A DNA stretch of 19,333 nucleotides, taken from positions 1 through 19,333 of the forward strand of contig JAWALG010000024.1 in the NCBI GenBank assembly GCA_038886995.1, read 5' to 3'. The notes under the pieces were generated by a model. The model saw only the letters and a list, made by a program, of their open reading frames with translations, was not told the DNA's origin and searched no databases. Both the position numbers and the translations under genes were made by a program. Each line of letters opens with the position of its first letter. The stretch's first letter is position 1. Shown piece by piece: positions 16,036-19,333 of the stretch. Origin of the DNA: Candidatus Iainarchaeum sp. Lineage in GTDB: Archaea; Iainarchaeota; Iainarchaeia; Iainarchaeales; DTGL01.

Positions 16036-17091
16036 ATGGCCTTAGATTTTGAGAAAGCAGTCTTGGGTTCTTTTGCTTGGTTAAAAAACAGGGAATCCGT
16101 AAAATATGTTTTGATGATTTTTGGAGTCCAAATATTTTTGCTCATTTTTTCCATTATTTTAATTTACAGCACATTTGCAATTAATTTTTTGGGGTTGTAT
16201 ATTTTATTTCTCATTGTTGCAGTACTTTTAGGGGTGTGGCTTGGGTGCATCACACTATTGTATGCACTTAGGTCTTTCGGGTTTTCAAGTGTAACTTTTA
16301 ATCTTTCAAAATACATTGACGTCTTAATTCTCACAATAGTATCTTCGCTTATTGCTTTATTTTGGTCTTTTGATAAGAGGTTAAGGATTATACAGCTTTT
16401 CTGCTTAGGGTTAATGGTTTTAGTGATTTTTTTTGTTATTGGCAGTTATTTAATGCTAACGGCGATGTCAACAGCGATTTCAACGAATGGACTATTAACA
16501 CCAACACAAACAAACGGGCTGGAACTCGGTTCGAACACAATAAGTAAAATTACTGGTTTTGCTACAAGTTTAGGCACAACGTATAGAGATAACAAAACAT
16601 ACGGCGGTGGGTCGGGCTTATTTGTACTAATTTTGGGTGGTGTTATATTTATCTTTCTTCTAATTATTTACATGGCCATCGTGATGTATAATTCAGTCCG
16701 CCTAAGTTTGAGTAACGCCATATTCCTAAGCAAAGAGATTGGAGTAATGTCTGCACTTGAAGAATCGTGGACGCTCACAAGAGGCAATGTGCTTAATATA
16801 TTTGCTGTTATCATTATAGTTTCAATAATTTATTTAATTATTACATTTTCTATTGCAGGGATTATGACTTCAGTATATTTTGCAGCTGGTGGAAAAATAC
16901 CAACCAATACTGCAAGAGTGGCTTCCATAGAATCTATGAAATCGGCGAATGTTCAATACGGGATTTTTCGAGGCTTTACAGAAGCAGTAACTGCTCCAAT
17001 ATCTTTGCTCACGAATTCATTTATGGTTGTTGCGATATATTCCTTGCTTTGCGGAGAAAAAGGCAGCAATAATTCTAAAAAGCTTAGTTAG
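16036..17091 (+). CDS. Multi-pass membrane protein of unknown function (DUF975/GPDPase-membrane-domain-like C-terminal half)
   Basis: About 7-8 hydrophobic segments and the G..SALEESWTLTRGN motif typical of that superfamily. GGTG SD before the ATG at 16036 (track start GTG 16024). Confidence 0.75.
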   Translation: MALDFEKAVLGSFAWLKNRESVKYVLMIFGVQIFLLIFSIILIYSTFAINFLGLYILFLIVAVLLGVWLGCITLLYALRSFGFSSVTFNLSKYIDVLILTIVSSLIALFWSFDKRLRIIQLFCLGLMVLVIFFVIGSYLMLTAMSTAISTNGLLTPTQTNGLELGSNTISKITGFATSLGTTYRDNKTYGGGSGLFVLILGGVIFIFLLIIYMAIVMYNSVRLSLSNAIFLSKEIGVMSALEESWTLTRGNVLNIFAVIIIVSIIYLIITFSIAGIMTSVYFAAGGKIPTNTARVASIESMKSANVQYGIFRGFTEAVTAPISLLTNSFMVVAIYSLLCGEKGSNNSKKLS

Positions 17092-17366
17092 GTTAGTTTT
17101 GCCAATACTTGAAAAAAAATCTTCTCTGAGTATTTTTCTTTAGGGCCTTTTACTATTATCTTTCCACTCTTAAAAACACTTACTCCTGCTTTTCCAAGCT
17201 GGAACATAAGAAGGAATGGCGTCTCTGCAATCACTTTGGCCCCTTTTTCTTCAAGGCCTTTTCTTACTTTCTTTAGGTCTAATTTTATTTTTTTCTTTGG
17301 AATGAAAGCAAATGCGTTTTCGCCTTTGCAAGAACTTTTGCTGAAGTCCTCTGCTTTGAGTTGCAT
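17088..17366 (-). CDS. Small cytoplasmic hypothetical protein (92 aa), archaeal-type
   Basis: SC...AFAFIPKKKIKLDL...TPFLL...VSVFKSGKIIVKG, an alpha/beta pattern reminiscent of the MoeB C-terminal/TBP-like fold. GTGGT SD before the ATG at 17366. Confidence 0.7.
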   Translation of the reverse strand: MQLKAEDFSKSSCKGENAFAFIPKKKIKLDLKKVRKGLEEKGAKVIAETPFLLMFQLGKAGVSVFKSGKIIVKGPKEKYSEKIFFQVLAKLT

Positions 17367-17420
17367 CAGTACCACACATTTTTAAAAAAAGGAAGTATTT
17401 AATTATTATAGTGGTTTTTA

Positions 17421-17915
17421 ATGGAATTACCATTAGGCACGCCATACCAAGAGCACCTTAAAACAACAGATGTTGACATGCTCAAGGGAATAAACGAATT
17501 GATGCAAAAGGCATTTACTGGCTATATTGTGGTTACAATACAAGGCATTGATGGTATGGAAGAAGGTGCTATTCTTTTTAGGAATGGTATAATTGTTGGC
17601 GCTGGCTACGAGTTCATGAAAAGCGGCGCAACAATAGAAGGCACAGATGCATTTGAGATTGTTCTAAATGCGTTTAAAGCAAAAGCAGGAATAATAGATA
17701 TTTATTCACTTAGTTTGCAGCACATGGACCTTGTTATTGCTTTTCATGAGAAGATGCTCATAAAGGCAAAGATTGATCCTAAGACGCTTCAAAAACTGTA
17801 CCCAAAAGAATTCTCTGACAGGTTCGCAAAAGCAGTTATGAAACAGCAAGAGGAGCAATCAAAGTACGATGTATTCAAGAAGATTGGGCTACCGGAAATG
17901 GTTTCAGAGCACTGA
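17421..17915 (+). CDS. DUF2226 domain protein
   Basis: M.LP.G..., FTGYIVVT....EEGAILFRNG.IVGA.YE, G.IDIY.L pattern characteristic of archaeal DUF2226, which is often found next to minD. Confidence 0.75.
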   Translation: MELPLGTPYQEHLKTTDVDMLKGINELMQKAFTGYIVVTIQGIDGMEEGAILFRNGIIVGAGYEFMKSGATIEGTDAFEIVLNAFKAKAGIIDIYSLSLQHMDLVIAFHEKMLIKAKIDPKTLQKLYPKEFSDRFAKAVMKQQEEQSKYDVFKKIGLPEMVSEH

Positions 17916-18015
17916 TTCTGCGCAAATAACATAACTTTGGCTCTTCAAATAAAGAAAAAAGTATTTATATTAATAAGTTCATTTATTTATATCTGTTGAG
18001 ATTAAGTGTGAGAGT

Positions 18016-18801
18016 ATGGGGAGAAGCATTGCAATAGCATCAGGCAAAGGCGGTGTTGGAAAAACAACACTAGTAGCAAACTTGGGTGTTGCTTTAGCGT
18101 CTAGCGGAGCCAAAACCCTTCTCGTTGATACTGACATTGCTATGGCAAACCTATCGCTTATATTTAAACTGCAGAATTCACCCATCACGCTGCACGAAAT
18201 ATTAATGGGTGACGCAAACATTGAAGACGCAATATACTCTGCCCAAAAAGGAGTTGAAATTGTTCCTAGCGGCCTTAGCTTAGAGGGTTATAGGAAAGCA
18301 GATCCAACAAGGTTGAAGCAGGCAATAGAATCAGTTATAAACAGATATGATTTTATCCTGCTTGACGTTCCTGCTGGGATTGAAAGGTGTGCACTTGCAT
18401 CATTTAATGCTGCACAGCAAACCTTAATCCTTACAACACCGGATGCTGCAAGCGCGGCTGATGCGCTTAAAGCCAAAAGCGTTGCGCAGCGCTTAATGTC
18501 AAAACCGTTCGCTTTTGTAGTCAACATGGTGCGTGAAGAAAAAGGCGAATTGACAAAAACGCAGCTGAGCACAATGCTTGAGCTCCCACATTATGGATCA
18601 ATACCTTTTGATCCAGAAGTAAGAAGGAGTTTTGTTGAGGGCTTAGACCCAGTAGTGATAAGAAAACCACAAAGCCCTGCATCAAAGGCAATAATTGATA
18701 TTGCAAAACGCATAGCTGGAAAGCAGGTTGAAACAACTGAAGAAAAGAAATCATTCTTTTCAGGCTTGTTTGGGCGATTCTTTAAGAAGAAAGGGGTGTG
18801 A
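18016..18801 (+). CDS. minD: Cell division ATPase MinD (archaeal type)
   Basis: Deviant Walker A SGKGGVGKTT, D.DIAMANL, D.PAG, IP.DPEVR, C-terminal amphipathic membrane-targeting helix SFFSGLFGRFF. Confidence 0.92.
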   Translation: MGRSIAIASGKGGVGKTTLVANLGVALASSGAKTLLVDTDIAMANLSLIFKLQNSPITLHEILMGDANIEDAIYSAQKGVEIVPSGLSLEGYRKADPTRLKQAIESVINRYDFILLDVPAGIERCALASFNAAQQTLILTTPDAASAADALKAKSVAQRLMSKPFAFVVNMVREEKGELTKTQLSTMLELPHYGSIPFDPEVRRSFVEGLDPVVIRKPQSPASKAIIDIAKRIAGKQVETTEEKKSFFSGLFGRFFKKKGV

Positions 18802-18803
18802 AA

Positions 18804-19028
18804 ATGACAAGACCTTTTGACGAACTTACCAAAGCTCTCGGAAAACCCGTCATGTTAAGGTTGAAGGGTGACAGAACAATACGTGGTGTGTTAGCTTCCT
18901 TTGATGTTCACCTTAACATAATACTTGAAAATGCTGAAGAGCTTGCAAATGGGCAAGAGCAGGGAATAAAAGAAAAGTATCCGCGGCTAATGGTAAGAGG
19001 GGATAACATAATATTTGTTGCCCTCTGA
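18804..19028 (+). CDS. Sm-like archaeal protein (Lsm/SmAP)
   Basis: RPFD.L, Sm1 motif G.L.SFDVHLNIILENAEE, Sm2 motif VRGDNI. GGGGTG SD before the ATG at 18804. Confidence 0.95.
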   Translation: MTRPFDELTKALGKPVMLRLKGDRTIRGVLASFDVHLNIILENAEELANGQEQGIKEKYPRLMVRGDNIIFVAL

Positions 19029-19069
19029 TTCTGCTTTTTAAACAATTTGTCTGCTCTTTATATAATGCT

Positions 19070-19141
19070 GGGCCGGTAGTGTAGTGGTAACACGCGTCCT
19101 TGGCATGGACGAAACCCTGGGTTCAAATCCCAGCCGGTCCA
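19070..19141 (+). tRNA. tRNA-Ala(GGC)
   Basis: Acceptor GGGCCGG/CCGGTCC with the G3:U70 Ala identity pair and A73; D-arm GTGT/ACAC; anticodon stem CGTCC/GGACG with loop TT-GGC-AT; T-arm CTGGG-TTCAAAT-CCCAG. No CCA. TTTTTAAA box at 19035-19042. Confidence 0.96.
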
Positions 19142-19218
19142 CTGCGGCTTTTCTTTCAAAAGAAAAGGTATGGTGCGAAAAGAAATTTATTCAGGAATAA
19201 TGTTGGGCTGATTTTCTA

Positions 19219-19333
19219 GTTACTGGAAGACAAAGGACCCCGCTGGAGGTTTTATTTCGGTTGCTGGAGGTCATAGGAACCCGCTGGAGGTTTTATTTCG
19301 GTTGCTGGAGGTCATAGGAACCCGCTGGAGGTT
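19219..19333. repeat. 41-bp tandem repeat with phased GCTGGAGGT motifs, truncated by the window end
   Basis: Unit CCCGCTGGAGGTTTTATTTCGGTTGCTGGAGGTCATAGGAA at 19239-19279 and 19280-19320 (identical), partial at 19321-19333, plus a degenerate half-unit at about 19219-19238. Confidence 0.92.

Noticed and set aside
19242..19332. Chi-like sites (GCTGGAGG versus E. coli GCTGGTGG) or canonical ORB elements
   Set aside because: Chi needs RecBCD and has a mismatch here. Similarity to the ORB consensus is limited to TCCAG.GG without the GAAAC and G-string, so neither is supportable.
19239..19333. CRISPR or TIGR-like guide array
   Set aside because: Linkers between the 9-nt motifs are identical from unit to unit, so there are no unique spacers, and no cas or tas gene is in view.

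Overview
Archaeal chromosomal segment. Archaeal Nre, RfcS, e-MtaB, DUF2226, MinD and Sm genes, TATA-box promoters and a BHB-type tRNA intron show it is archaeal. Compact packing and bacterial-type ThrRS/MetRS suggest a DPANN lineage such as Iainarchaeota/Diapherotrites (inference). The left 4.8 kb (minus strand) is a type IV pilus-like operon: a secretion ATPase with a long acidic N-terminal extension, two TadB/TadC platform proteins, and at least four tiny class III signal-peptide (DUF361-type) pilin genes. Two of those pilin genes are absent from the ORF track and two have over-extended starts there. The middle is housekeeping: thrS, nre, rfcS, a membrane protein, a tRNA methylthiotransferase, metG, lemA-htpX, an unannotated 51-aa very basic ORF, tRNA-Ser(CGA) with a 16-nt intron, a site-2 protease with CBS-like domains and two membrane proteins. 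The right end has a small cytoplasmic ORF, DUF2226-minD-Sm and tRNA-Ala(GGC). After that, a non-coding 41-bp tandem repeat with phased GCTGGAGGT motifs runs off the window. The most notable points are the micro-pilin array, the C34:A mismatch in the intron helix, the small basic ORF and the terminal iteron-like repeat.
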